Of a stretch of DNA of 64,000 bases, positions 22,293-33,993 are shown one piece after another. The stretch covers positions 3,648,001 to 3,712,000 of the forward strand of contig CM000208.1 of the NCBI GenBank assembly GCA_000002445.1. The letters are read 5' to 3'. The notes beneath the pieces were generated by a model that ran no database searches, was not told the origin of the DNA, and saw only the letters and a program-made list of their open reading frames with translations. The translations under genes and the position numbers were made by a program. The stretch comes from Trypanosoma brucei. Its lineage: Eukaryota. Within the stretch, counting starts at the first letter, position 1. The number at the start of each line of letters is the position of its first letter.

Positions 22293-25151
22293 GTCAGTAG
22301 AGATAGTGAAGAGGGGAGCACACACACTTCATGCAAAAAGAAAAAAAAACGAATCATTTTGTCTTTAAGCAACATTGCAGGGGAAACACACGAAACACGT
22401 CGTAGGCCTATAGATCCCGATCTCGAAACCACGTCGGTTGCTTAGAGGAGTGAATAATTGGCTTTCATTATGGGCCTCGCGGTGTACTAATACGTATCTT
22501 TCCGTGCCGTGGGCAATAGTTCCTTCTAGTCGGTTGCAATGTCTTGTTTGTTCTTTCTTCCGTGAAACGCCGAAGAAAAATAATTGAAGAATAAGTAAGG
22601 GTTGAATTGCCACCACCTGCTGAAAGCGTACGATTGCTTAATGTGAATGCGGAAGGCTGGCAGAATAGACGTTTACAAGCACTTTAGTGCCTCTGTGCGG
22701 ATTGACGACAGTACCAATGACTCGGTAACCACATTAAAAAAGGAAAAGAAAGAAGTTACTGCAGGGAAGTAATGTGGCCCACGCCAGTATGTGTAAGCAT
22801 TCCCACCTTTTTCTGTTTTGCTTTGTTGTGCGTTTATTCAACTGTTAAGGGGCCCAATGGGCCGGTGAGAGTTACCGTTAGGAGAAATTTCGTTTGAACT
22901 CCAACACGCCACCGTGCAACAAAAATGTACACAACAAAACTGCTACATGCGTGAAGCAAAAAGAAAAATACAGCGAAGTGAAACTTCACAAATGGAGTGT
23001 AATGCAGCTGAAATGGGAGCTGATTTCTTTTTTTTACAGATGTTTGGGATGCTGTACGTTGCTGTTGTTGCTTTACTGCTCGTCTTAGCCTAAATGTAAC
23101 AAACCAAAGAAAAAGAGAGCGTTGATTCAAGTTAGTGTTACACATCTGAAGTGAGGGTTGTGTAAGTTGTGCCAGTCAAGTTTCGAAGATAAGCATACCA
23201 ACGAAAAGGAATTATATATATATATTAGGAGCATTCATTATAAGGTAGAAAAGCACTTTTAAGGAGGGGAGGGGAATACTTTCCCCTTCTTTTCATACCT
23301 GCGCTTCGTTCAATCCTTCTCACCGTTTTCGTTTTTCTCCTTTTTTCGTTTCCTTCCTTTCTTTTTTTTGTTTTGTTTCATCAGAATCGTGGATGACTAA
23401 AGGAAAAAAAAACTTACTATTATTATTATTGTTACTATTGCGATTTCGAATTGAAGTGCAATCGGTTTCGCTTTCCACTTTCCGTCCCAGACAATCATCT
23501 TTTGTTTATTTGTGCGGAAAACCTCATAATGAAGCCTGTGCGTGTATAAGGTTACAAGGCAAAACATTGCTTTTGTACCCACACATACATATATTCAGCG
23601 GGTTTCTACTTATGGCTGCGGTTACTGATCAAAATAAAATGAAACTTTTTTTATAAAAAAATTTTTTAAAAGAGAAAAAGGGACGTAAGAACCCGGTATT
23701 TATGATATATATATATGAGTAAAGAAACCTTTATTTTAAAAAAAAAAACTGTTTTACACATTCCCACACCCACTGCTTATATTACATGGAAAAAAAAACA
23801 ATGCGTTGGTCCTCTTTTTTTTTTTTTTGTGCGTGTGTGTGTATGTATGAGAGAGAGAGAGAAGGAGTGGGGTATTGTCAACTCTGTTGGAATTGGGACG
23901 AATGACTCTCAATTTTATTTTCTTCTTTTATTATTGCTCTAAAGGAACATATAGCACCAAGAAAGATAGGTTGAGTTTATGTTATTATTGTGGGTGTCGG
24001 TATTACATAAGGCTCTTTTTTTTTATGCGTAAAGGAGAGGAGGACTGATGTGCTGATAACCCATTAGCCAAAAAAATAAAAGATGGAGGAATATCGTGGT
24101 TCCGTATTTCATGTGAGTTCACGTGAAACCACATGTGTTGTTTATGTTGAAGGCAAGACAAGACAAGGGAAGACAAGGGAACATATTGTGAGTGATGTCT
24201 CCTTAGCACGGTGAAATGTTTATTGAATCCGTTTTTGTCCCGCTTCCTCATGTGCTATATCCACGCTACCGTATTAATTGTATCGTAGCTCAGGTGATTT
24301 AGTTCTTCTTACCAGATATATATATATATATATATATCTGTCTATGTATATATGTATGTCTATTTTGAAGTGGCAGCGTGCCCAATAGTAACAATAACAA
24401 CTATTATTGTTATTATTATGTGTATTTTGACGTTACTGGAGTTCTTCTGCTCTACTGCCACTCGTTTGCTGGAAGCCGTTTATTATTATTACTTTCTTTC
24501 TTTCCTCATTTCTTTTTTTTTCCACTATCGCTAATTTATGCTGTCATTTTATTTACATTATCACTCCTTTCAACACAACACAGCGGTTACGGACATATAT
24601 AAATATAAATACACGTATAGTGAAGTAGGAAAAAAAGGAGAGTAGAAGAGAATAATAGGTGGGCAAAAGGTAGTTTTTGCAGCTTTGTTATACTTTGTAC
24701 CGCACTCAAGGGACGTACACTTTTCCCTTTTTTAAAAAAAATTTACTTTCGCTATTATCATTTCCTTTTATTATTATATTATTATTGTTATTGTTATTAT
24801 TATTTGTTTATTTGTTTGTTTTTATATAATTTGTTAGCCCTTGTGGTCACCGTCGTGTCTCTTCTGTTGGTGCTGTTGTTTGTTCCGTACAACTTGGGAA
24901 AAGGTTTTTTTTTTGTGTGTGTGTGGGGTCCTTATTTGGTTCGGTAAGTTTTCGTTTTTCTTTTTCATATATTTGCCACCGGTTGTACTTCAAGTACCTG
25001 CTTGGTTTCTCCGGCTTTTGTGTAGGTGTGAGTGTGTGTGTTTCTTCTTTGTACTTCACCCTTCAATTTTTTTTTTTCACGTGTGTTCGTGGGGTATTAC
25101 ACTAAGGGGAGAAACGGAATCGCAGGCGGAAGAAAAATAATAATCGCAGCT

Positions 25152-25205
25152 ATAAATAAATAAATAAATAAATATATATATATATATATTTATTTATTTA
25201 TTTAC
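25152..25205. repeat. Palindromic compound microsatellite (AAAT)n-(AT)n-(TTTA)n
   Basis: ataaataaataaataaataaatatatatatatatatatttatttatttattta is perfectly self-complementary around the central (AT)n. Confidence 0.9.
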
Positions 25206-25274
25206 TTATCATTTATTTAATTGTATAATTATAATTTTTTTGTTGGCTCCCGCTTTCGCCCGCCTGCCGAGAAG

Positions 25275-25297
25275 AAAACAAAACAAAACAAAACAAA
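25275..25297. repeat. (AAAAC)n microsatellite
   Basis: aaaacaaaacaaaacaaaacaaaa read directly. Confidence 0.9.
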
Positions 25298-26296
25298 AAA
25301 ACAAAAGAAGAGCCAGAGGAAAGGAGAGTAGTAAACAAGCGGTGGTACTGCTGTTGAAATCCCAATACTGATATATACAAGAAAAACAACAACATTATTA
25401 TTATTATTATTAGTTGTGAAAACAACAACAACAACATCAACAACACCAACAGCAGTAATCCACCCAAATAGCCAAGTCAGGGAGTTAAGAAAATTAGAAC
25501 CGTGCCAGGAAAGACAAAAGAGAACAAAACTGAGCAAATCAAAACAAAACAAAAAAGGCCGAGAAAACATACCTGAGGGGCGAAATTAGAAGGCAGAGCG
25601 GCTAAGCGGTAACGTTAAAAGTGAAAATAAGAAAAAGGAGAACAAAGCGGAATAGCGAATAAAGTAATTATCGAAGAAAGTGACGGCTGAGGTGCGAGGA
25701 GGATTTAATCGAACAAAAATAGGGTAAAGAAAAAAAAATTAAAATAAAATAACAGAAAACACGTGCCTAAAGGGGGGAAAGGTCAACAAGAGTAGGGGAG
25801 AAAGGAACAAAGAACAGAGGGAGTGGTGCGGGGTGAGCGTGCGAAAAAAAAAGGGAATTAAAAAAAAAAAGCTGTTTTTTTAAAAAAAAAATAAAAAAAA
25901 TAAAATAGAATAGAGCTGGAGCACACCTGTGTGTGTGGGGGGTCGCGTAGGGAAGCTATTGCTTGCTGCTGAAGCAACGTAAGCGGGTGGACAGGACATC
26001 AGACACCAACTGTCAGCACTGATTTTTGGGGTTTTGTGTAAGTTCGTGTGTTTGTTTCGTTGCCAAGTTGCTAGGACATAAGCGGAGACGTACACAAACA
26101 TACAAGAAGCTGGAAAAGTTTTTATCGTTGGAGAGAGTACCCGTCAGGCAAAAAAAAAAAGAAGAAAGGTCACGAAGAAAAAAAAGAAGAAAACACAACG
26201 TACACAAACGTTCGGATACTTTGATACAATCATAAATACAATACATTTATTTATTTACTGAAGAACCCCTGTCGTATAGTAAACACACGGGAAAAA

Positions 26297-27652
26297 ATGT
26301 ATCCAAAAAATAAGCCCCTGCCTCCGGAGGCCGCCGGACGCGCAGCGGAGCTTTCGAATAGGAATCCGCCACCAGTAATCGTCGAGAGTAACTCATCATC
26401 GCGGACGAGGGCGTTTGCATCGAGTGTTCCTCCGGCTCCACCCATGCCCGTTGCACCATGTGGCGAAATAAATGGAACCAGTTTGATTCGCCATACACCG
26501 GGGAACGACCTCTTACACCAGCACGCTTCCTTCAATCAAACTGTCCCCGGAAATATTATGAATGCGCAGAGGTTAAGCCCCGTTGGAAGTGGGAGTTTTC
26601 AGATGTCCAATAATAGCCTCTCCAGCAGCGTCCCGCACGGCCCTGGAGTTATGGGACACCCAATAAAACCAATGTTTCCACCTTCGGTTCGTCCTCCACC
26701 GCCATATGCAGCGGTGTCGCCCAACTCGAGCGGGATTATAGAAGAACGGATGTTGGACACATTTGGCGGCACCCGCTCATCGCATTCCATGACTTGGGGA
26801 CGTCTAAACCAAACACCTCCGCCTCCCCCACCGCCACCCCCGCCGCCGTTCATGGCTGAGCTTCCGCCTTATCCCGAAGCCGCTGCCGCTGCAGTTCCTC
26901 CACCACACCGGTGGGCTCATGGCAACGATACGCTGGGAGGGCCTAAAGTTAAAATAAATGGAGAATCTGCAGCTCACACCTCTCAATCGGATAAGAATGG
27001 AGAAGTGCCTTCGACTGAAGTGGAGGGACGAAAGAGTGAATCGGATGTATGTGGGGAAGGGAGCGAGTTGTTGTTGCAGCAGTACCGTTCCGATGTGAGG
27101 TTTCTCACGAAGCTGGTTGTAGCCCTTTTAGAACGTATGCATCCTGCGAATTCCTGTATTTCGGGAACGAAAACGGAAGATGTACAGAAGGATGGTAGTG
27201 ACAACTCCACGGCAGAAGACTCAAGTGCGGGTGAAGGTACTTCATCGGCACTGAAAAAGCAACTGAGGGAGTTGGAAAATGTTATTACTCAGCTCCAGGC
27301 CAGGGAGGAGGCGGCGATGTCTCCCAATACTCAACGGCTATTCGATCGTGTTCTCTCCATCCCGCAGTTGACTGCCCTCGCCTCTCGAGTGGGAGGTGCA
27401 AGTGGAGGGGCATTAATGCCACATCGCAGTGTGAGTTCCTTTGGGGGAAGCGATGATGTTCTTTCACTTCGTGTCTCTTCAGAGGTGAAGGCATATATGC
27501 GGGCGGTGGACTTTGAAACAACGCGGCCGTTGATGTTAAACGTTGTTGTTGCAACGGACTCCGCTGCGAGCTCACGAACCCCCTCACGAACCACATCACT
27601 ACAAGGTGTATCCGCTCCTTGTGCAAAGGAAGAGACTACAACCCCTTTGTAA
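26297..27652 (+). CDS. Proline-rich hypothetical protein (poly-Pro tract, PPxY-like motifs)
   Basis: 451-aa ORF flanked on both sides by >4 kb of low-complexity DNA. It contains PPPPPPPPPPPPF, PPPY and PPYP motifs. Coding-like codon composition; no recognisable catalytic domain. Confidence 0.55.
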   Translation: MYPKNKPLPPEAAGRAAELSNRNPPPVIVESNSSSRTRAFASSVPPAPPMPVAPCGEINGTSLIRHTPGNDLLHQHASFNQTVPGNIMNAQRLSPVGSGSFQMSNNSLSSSVPHGPGVMGHPIKPMFPPSVRPPPPYAAVSPNSSGIIEERMLDTFGGTRSSHSMTWGRLNQTPPPPPPPPPPPFMAELPPYPEAAAAAVPPPHRWAHGNDTLGGPKVKINGESAAHTSQSDKNGEVPSTEVEGRKSESDVCGEGSELLLQQYRSDVRFLTKLVVALLERMHPANSCISGTKTEDVQKDGSDNSTAEDSSAGEGTSSALKKQLRELENVITQLQAREEAAMSPNTQRLFDRVLSIPQLTALASRVGGASGGALMPHRSVSSFGGSDDVLSLRVSSEVKAYMRAVDFETTRPLMLNVVVATDSAASSRTPSRTTSLQGVSAPCAKEETTTPL

Positions 27653-29865
27653 TGAAATTAAATAAAATGTGGAAAAGGGGGAAAAAGGAAGAAGGGGATG
27701 ACGAAGTGAAGTTGCAATGTGTTGAAGGTTAGACTGGAGCGTGGCGGAACTCGTTATATGGCGTGCGTGCCTGCGTGTGAGAGAGAAAGAGAAAGAGAGA
27801 GAGAGAGCGTTTGTTTGTTTGTTTATTTGCTCTCTTTTTTTTTGTTTTTTTTGTTTTTGTGAAGAGCGACAGTGGTGGTGCTGGTAGCAGGGCCACTGTA
27901 TGTGGCAACCGACTTCTCACTTTCTTTTTCTTTTACTTTTTTTTTTTTGCTCTTTCCACTTCACGCACACAAGCGGGGCCGCTGATCTCCACTTTGTTTT
28001 GGACGTTTATTATTTGTGCTTTTCCTTTAATCTTTCCCTCCCTCCCTATTTCTCATCCTAGTGAATCCTGTTTTGTTTTCTTACACCCATTCTTTTTTTT
28101 TTTGGAGGAAAAAAATAAAATAAAATAATAATCCTTTCCTTCTGTATGTTTACATTTCCTCCCATTCCATTGTTGTTGTTGTTCTTATTATTGTGTTTTT
28201 TTTGTTTTTTCCACAAATTTCCTCGCAGTTCCCTCCGTTAACATATATTGTCACACGTGTTTGTAGGTGTGTCACAATATATGATATTTTTCAGTTTTTT
28301 CTTCCTCGTGTGTTGGTATTGTCGTTGTTGTTTGGGTGGATCATTTATTTCTCTTCGCACCTTCGAATAAATAAATTGTCGTTTTCCTTTTGTTCGTTTG
28401 GTTCTCTCGTTTGTTATATCATTATTGTTTTGTGCTGTTATTGTCGTTGTGATGCCCCATCCCTCTTCCCCCCTCTTTTTTTTTTTTACTCCTTTCCCCT
28501 TTTTGCGCGTGCTCTCTGGTTCCTTTCTTATTCTCGCTGTTACCCATGCTTGGCTTCCACTCTTGCGATTGGGCTTCTATAGAGGGTGTAACGACCTCAA
28601 TGTTAAGTTCATTTTGTTTTGTTTGCTCGCTGAGGCTCAGGTAACCACCAGCTAACACCGAAATCCACGAATAAATAAATAAATAAGTATATATATATAT
28701 ATATACATATATACACTTCCATATATGTTCAATGCCGTGATATGCATTCGCATGACTATCGTAGTTGTTTTTTAACTATCAATTTTACCTCTATTTTAAA
28801 GCCCTGCAGCATTTACTATCCATGTCTTTTTTTTTTTCGTTTTTAGCTTTCACGTTCACCTTCCTAATTCCCCTCATCCTTGTTGTTATTGGTACTATTG
28901 TTATTGTTATTATTATTACTATTATTTATTGATTTGTTCATGCGGTCAGGGTATCTTTCGGGTGGTGTGTTGGGTGGAATCCACAAGGATTAAAAAAAAA
29001 TAAAATAATAAAACACAAAAGGAACCAAAGGGAAAGGGAAAGGAAACGGGGGAATAGCAAGGGAGAAGGAAAAAAAAACATAATAATAGTAACGGATAAG
29101 GTTTCGGGAATTGAGAGATGAAATGTGGAGCGTTGACAGCTAAAAAATAAAAAATAAAAAAAATAATAACAACAATAATAATCAAGAAATTAGAAAGACT
29201 GGTGTGGATCTGTTGCCGTGGTGCCGAGTTTCGTTTTGTTGTTGTTTTTTTTTCTTTAGGAAAAGAGGAAAAGAGATGTACGTCGATTGCTTGTTTTGTC
29301 ACACCCTTTTTTAATTTGTTTCCCTTCTTTCATATTCTCAATCCCCCTCTTTTTTTTTTCGCACACACGTACACACACTTTATCTTCTTCATTATTAACA
29401 TATTCGTTTTTTTTTACTTTTTTTTTTACTTTTATATCTTTCGTTATGTTGAGGCCCTCATGGTCACGGCGTATTGTGTGAAGTGTAGGTGTATTCTGAT
29501 GAAGATAAAAAGAAAACAACTGTTTCCTGTTTTGTTTCTTACGTCCACAAATTTCCCTTCAGAATTGTCTTTTTTTTTCTCTTTTCTTTCAATTTTTCTC
29601 CTTTTTCTTTCATCCCCCGCTCCTTCTTCACTTTTCCCTTCCCCCTGTTGTACACTTGCGGCTTTACATGTTTGACAGCAGTGTGAGGCTTTTGTGCCTA
29701 TTACCGTCATTATTGACATTATTATTACTTTTATTATTATTATTATTATTGCTAACGATGCTGCTATCGTTATTATGACTTGTATATCACCTCTCATGCG
29801 CTGGTTTCTTTTTTCACTTCCTTTTTTTCTTTTTTTCTTTTTCTTTTTCTTTTTGTCACTTCTGT

Positions 29866-29894
29866 CCATTCCTCCTCCTCCTCCTCCTCCTCCG
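29866..29894. repeat. (CCT)n microsatellite
   Basis: cctcctcctcctcctcctcctcc read directly. Confidence 0.9.
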
Positions 29895-31409
29895 ATTTTT
29901 TTTTATTTACGGCGGTTGATGAATGAAATTTCTCTCGAATTTGATACGATTAATCTTAAAAGGAGGGGAACAAAAGGGGGGAGCGGATTTGGGGGTGAGT
30001 TTGAGTTTACGCATGAATATATATATAATATATATTATATTTTAATATATGTTATATTTTATGTATATTATTCTCCAGCGTGATAATGAGAACGGTTGAA
30101 ATGTCATTGAAATATGATGGAGGGGGGGGAAAAGGAAAAGGGCGGGCGGGCGAGGCGGGGTGAAACAAAAGAAAAGAAATAAAAGATAAAAATAAAAAGA
30201 AGCAATTGGAGGGAATTATTCATATAATAGTAGTAATAACAATAATAACTATAATGATATTTGCTGTTATTGCTACTGTTATTATTGTTGTTATTATTAT
30301 TCCTCTTTTTTGTGTGTGTTTGTTTGGGGAGGGGGAGAGGAGTTGTTAATTTGTTCATCAACAATTATTTATTTATTTATTTTCTCATTTTTTTTTCTTT
30401 CTTTTTGCCTTTTTTGTCGTTTATTTGGTAATTGAAGTTCATATTATTTCCTTAGATGTTGCACGAGGTTTTTTCTTTTTCTTTTTTTAAAAAAAAGAAA
30501 GTGTGGATGGATATATAAGAATGCAGGAGGAGGAGGAGGGGGGAAAAGAAAGAATTTGTTTTGATTTGTTTTGAAAGAAAAAAAAGGGAGAAATTTCTGG
30601 GGGCTGATATTTATTTGCATGTTATTTACTTTTTGTATTGTTCGCATGTTTTGAGGCCATGTAGTGAAATCAAATGAAAAAGAAAAGAAAAGAAAAAAGA
30701 GAAGAGATGATTTCTTTTTCTTTTTTTTTTTAGCCCTCAGAGACGTCTCCGATTTCACAATTTAAATTGTTGATGTTTGTTTGTTTTTTAGTTAGTTTGT
30801 TTGTTTGTTGGTTGGTTGATGTTTTATTGTGTTATGTTTTATTACGTTTTGATGTCAGATGTCTCCCCTCCGAATCATCTTTAACTTTATTTTTAAATTC
30901 TTTTGTTTTTTTTATATTTAACTTTTTTACATATGCCCCAGTGGCGGGAGCGGCGCAATTTTTCCTTTCTTTTTTGTTGTTGTTGTTTTCAAAATGTTTT
31001 TTCCCACAACCTTTTTTTTTGGTTGGTTGGTTGGTTAAGGCCCTGTAAATATCGTGTTTCTTTAGTGTTTGTGTACGCTCGAGTTGCTGTTCGAATGTTT
31101 TATTGTCACTGTTGTTGTTTGGAATTCGTTTCTTTTTTTTTCTTTTTTGACTTTAAAAAAAAAATTATGTGAGAGAAAAATGTGTGCGTGTTTTGTGTGT
31201 GTGTGTGTGTGAATATGTGTAGGGTAAATGCCTTTTTCTTTTATTTTCTTTTCTTTTTTCTTTCATTTCTGGGAAATTAACTTTTAAATGTGTGATCGTC
31301 TGTCAGATCGGACCGCCGCCGTTTCTTCTCGGCGTCATCTTTTTTTTTTCCTCTTTTTTTTCCCTCTCGTCTCGTTTCGTTTCGTCTGTTTTTTTTCTTT
31401 TTTTTTTTC

Positions 31410-31432
31410 GTTTTGTTTTGTTTTGTTTTGTT
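31410..31432. repeat. (GTTTT)n microsatellite
   Basis: gttttgttttgttttgttttgttt read directly. Confidence 0.9.
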
Positions 31433-31845
31433 TCTCCCCCCCCCAAACTTCTGCTGCGAATCACATCTTTTGCTGAATGAATAAAATGTATGTTAGTGCG
31501 TGCTTACTTTGATCATCTTTTTATCTTTTTTTTTTTTTAGAGAGAGAGAAAAAAAAAAAATAAGATAAAAAGAAAAATAATAAATAAATAAACGAAAATA
31601 AATAAATAAATAATCTGAAAATCTTCTTCTCGACTCCCCCACTCTTTATGTTTGGTTGTGTCTTGACATTTTGACAGGTGCGCGCGTGTTTGTGTTTGTG
31701 TTTGTTATGGGGTGGAGGGAAAATGGGATGGTTTATATAAATTTTTTTTATATTTGAAAAAAAAAAGAAAGAAAGAGACGGCAGTGAAGTGCGTTAATTG
31801 AAAATTATTAAAGGAAATATGGGAAGAGAGAAAGAGGAAATCGAG

Positions 31846-31873
31846 GAAGGAAGGAAGGAAGGAAGGAAGGAAA
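31846..31873. repeat. (GGAA)n microsatellite, 7 units
   Basis: ggaaggaaggaaggaaggaaggaaggaa read directly. Confidence 0.95.
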
Positions 31874-32068
31874 GTTGAGAGGAATAAAATGGGACGAGGA
31901 ATATAAGGGAGAGAAGCAAAAAAAATAAAAATAAAAAAATAAAATAAAATAAAAAAATGAATCATCAAAGAAGCAAAAAATAAATAAATAAATAAAATAA
32001 TTCAACGCTTTCGTTAGTGCGTAGGTAGTAGAGGTGAAGGGGAAGGCAATACACATCGAAATACACGT

Positions 32069-32090
32069 ATATTTACAAAGATATTTACAA

Positions 32091-32129
<39 letters not shown>
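32069..32129. repeat. Direct repeat (ATATTTACAAAG)x2 followed by (AT)18
   Basis: atatttacaaagatatttacaaag followed by a long AT dinucleotide run. Confidence 0.9.
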
Positions 32130-32133
<4 letters not shown>

Positions 32134-33078
32134 TTTTTACCTTCCCTCTCTCCCTCTTGTCCTTTCTTTCTTTCTTTCTCTTTTGTTCCTGTATAAACAT
32201 TGCTATGAATGTTCGTTTTCCCCCTTTCCCAACAGCAGAAACAACAAGGACAAGTGAACGAGATAAATAAATAAATGGTGCCAGTATTGGTGTTCGTGTG
32301 TGCGTATAAATGCGGTTGTGCATTCCGCTTCTTTTAGCAGAGAACTTTTTTTTTTTCATTTATCCGAAATCCTCTCGATGGGTTCCGTCATACCACGTTT
32401 GGGATTTAGTGCAACCATTCGCCTTCGCGAAGCCTTGCAGTACTGAACTCTTTTCTCTGCTGTTTTTTTTTCTTTTATTAATTTAATCCCCCTCCTCTCC
32501 TTCTCTCGATCCTTGCCCGTGTGTGTATGTGTTTATATCTGCCTCTGTTTTTTTTTACTTGTCTGTTTGTTTGTTGGTACTTCCACTTCCGTTTACGAAC
32601 CTCAAATCACTTCAATTTCCCTTCTCCCCTTCTTATTGGTTATTATTTATTTATTTATTTTTTCGATTCGCTCTATTTTTTCTGTAGCACTTATTTGCAC
32701 ATTGGTGCGTGTAATTATAACTTTGGCGGCTACTACAACACGTGACATTTGCTTGCGTTGCGTATCGCGCGCGGGGGAAACATCAAGTGGATACGACAGC
32801 GTAAAAGGAAAGTACGCTAAAAAGGAAGAAGGTTAGTTGAGGATAAAGAGGTAAAGAGAGAGAGAGAGAGAGGGAGAGAGGAAAGGGAGAAGGAAAAAAA
32901 AAAACAATAACAACAACAACAACAATAATAATAATAATAATAAAGGGAAGAAACAACTAGTGAAAAGATTGAAAGACAGGGACAACAAAACTAGCGTGTG
33001 AATTCGCCGTGTTGAAGTTATATTTCAGCGGCAAAACCAAAGCGGGAGGAACAACAATAGACAATATTAGGACCTGTT

Positions 33079-33159
33079 GTTTCGCGTTTTCTCTCTTTTT
33101 TTTTTCTTTGGTTTCGTGCTGCCTCGTTTTTTTTTTTTTGCGTACGGCAAATACGAGCA
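33079..33159 (+). promoter_or_regulatory. Polypyrimidine tract / putative trans-splice acceptor upstream of small TM ORF
   Basis: ttttctctcttttttttttctttggtttcgtgctgcctcgttttttttttttt followed by AGs 5 nt before the ATG at 33160. Confidence 0.35.
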
Positions 33160-33474
33160 ATGAAACGACTGGCGTCTTTTGGGTTAATTACGCTTGTGGG
33201 ACCGCTGTTGTTTGCGACGATGTGCGCGTCAGCTGCGATGGCCGGTGCGGGTTCTGCAGCGTTTCCTCGTCGATTAAAGTTTGGTGATGTACCGGTGGCT
33301 CCTTCACCAATAGAGCCGATGTCTTCCGAATCCCGACAATATTTAATTGGTATTTTCAGTGCTCTTTTTGTATCGGTAGCTGTCATTCTTGCTGTACGTG
33401 CCCTCATGATGGTGGATTACAGTAATGATACGTTGCTTATGGTGGAAATGCCAGAACCTGTGGCAAACATGTGA
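33160..33474 (+). CDS. Small (104 aa) predicted membrane/secretory protein, hypothetical
   Basis: The N-terminal hydrophobic stretch (LASFGLITLVGPLLFATMCASAAMAGA) looks like a signal peptide. A second hydrophobic helix (YLIGIFSALFVSVAVILAVRALMM) looks like a TM segment. A polypyrimidine tract with AG lies immediately upstream (33079-33157). GC-rich coding-like composition contrasts with the surrounding AT-rich spacer. Confidence 0.4.
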   Translation: MKRLASFGLITLVGPLLFATMCASAAMAGAGSAAFPRRLKFGDVPVAPSPIEPMSSESRQYLIGIFSALFVSVAVILAVRALMMVDYSNDTLLMVEMPEPVANM

Positions 33475-33620
33475 GAAGGTTGTAGTAGAAGGGGAAGTAA
33501 CGAACTCGGAGCACTTGTTCGTGGCTGGTGTATGGACATTTCTCCGTTCTTTACTTCCTTTTTCTTTTTTTTCTTTTAAAAAAGAAAAGAGGAGAAAAGA
33601 AAAGAAAAGAAATCACCTCT

Positions 33621-33650
33621 CTTTCTCTTTCTTTCTTTCCCTTTCTTTCC
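33621..33650. repeat. (CTTTCTTTCC)x3 tandem repeat
   Basis: Three perfect 10-mers read directly. Confidence 0.9.
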
Positions 33651-33993
33651 CTTTCTTTCCTCTTTTCTTTTTTTTTTGTTTTTTGCTGTTTCCGCTTCTA
33701 CAGAATTTGAAATGCGAAACTGTTCATTGGATGGAAGTATCCACACGAAGGGAAGGAGGGAGGGAGGAGGAGGGGAGAGAGAGATCTCATGCGGCGGAAG
33801 CATCTGCTACTTTCCGCTACTGCTGTTGGTCGTGGTGTTTTTTTTTTTTCGTTAGTATAAATTTTAACTTGCTTGCTTGCTTGTTTATTTCATCTATCCC
33901 CTTTTGTAAACCGCGATTTGGAGTAGCACCGTTGAGTATCTGTTAAGCAACACGGGAAGCAAAACGATAGGAGAGTGGAACAAAGAAGGGAAA

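Noticed and set aside
28946-32359. Several 100-180-aa ORFs on both strands in the long spacer (e.g. 29202-29675 +, 29444-29869 -, 31808-32359 -)
   Set aside because: Their translations are homopolymeric or low-complexity (FFFF, KKKK, IYIYIY) and derive from microsatellites and poly(T)/poly(A). No start context or domain features.
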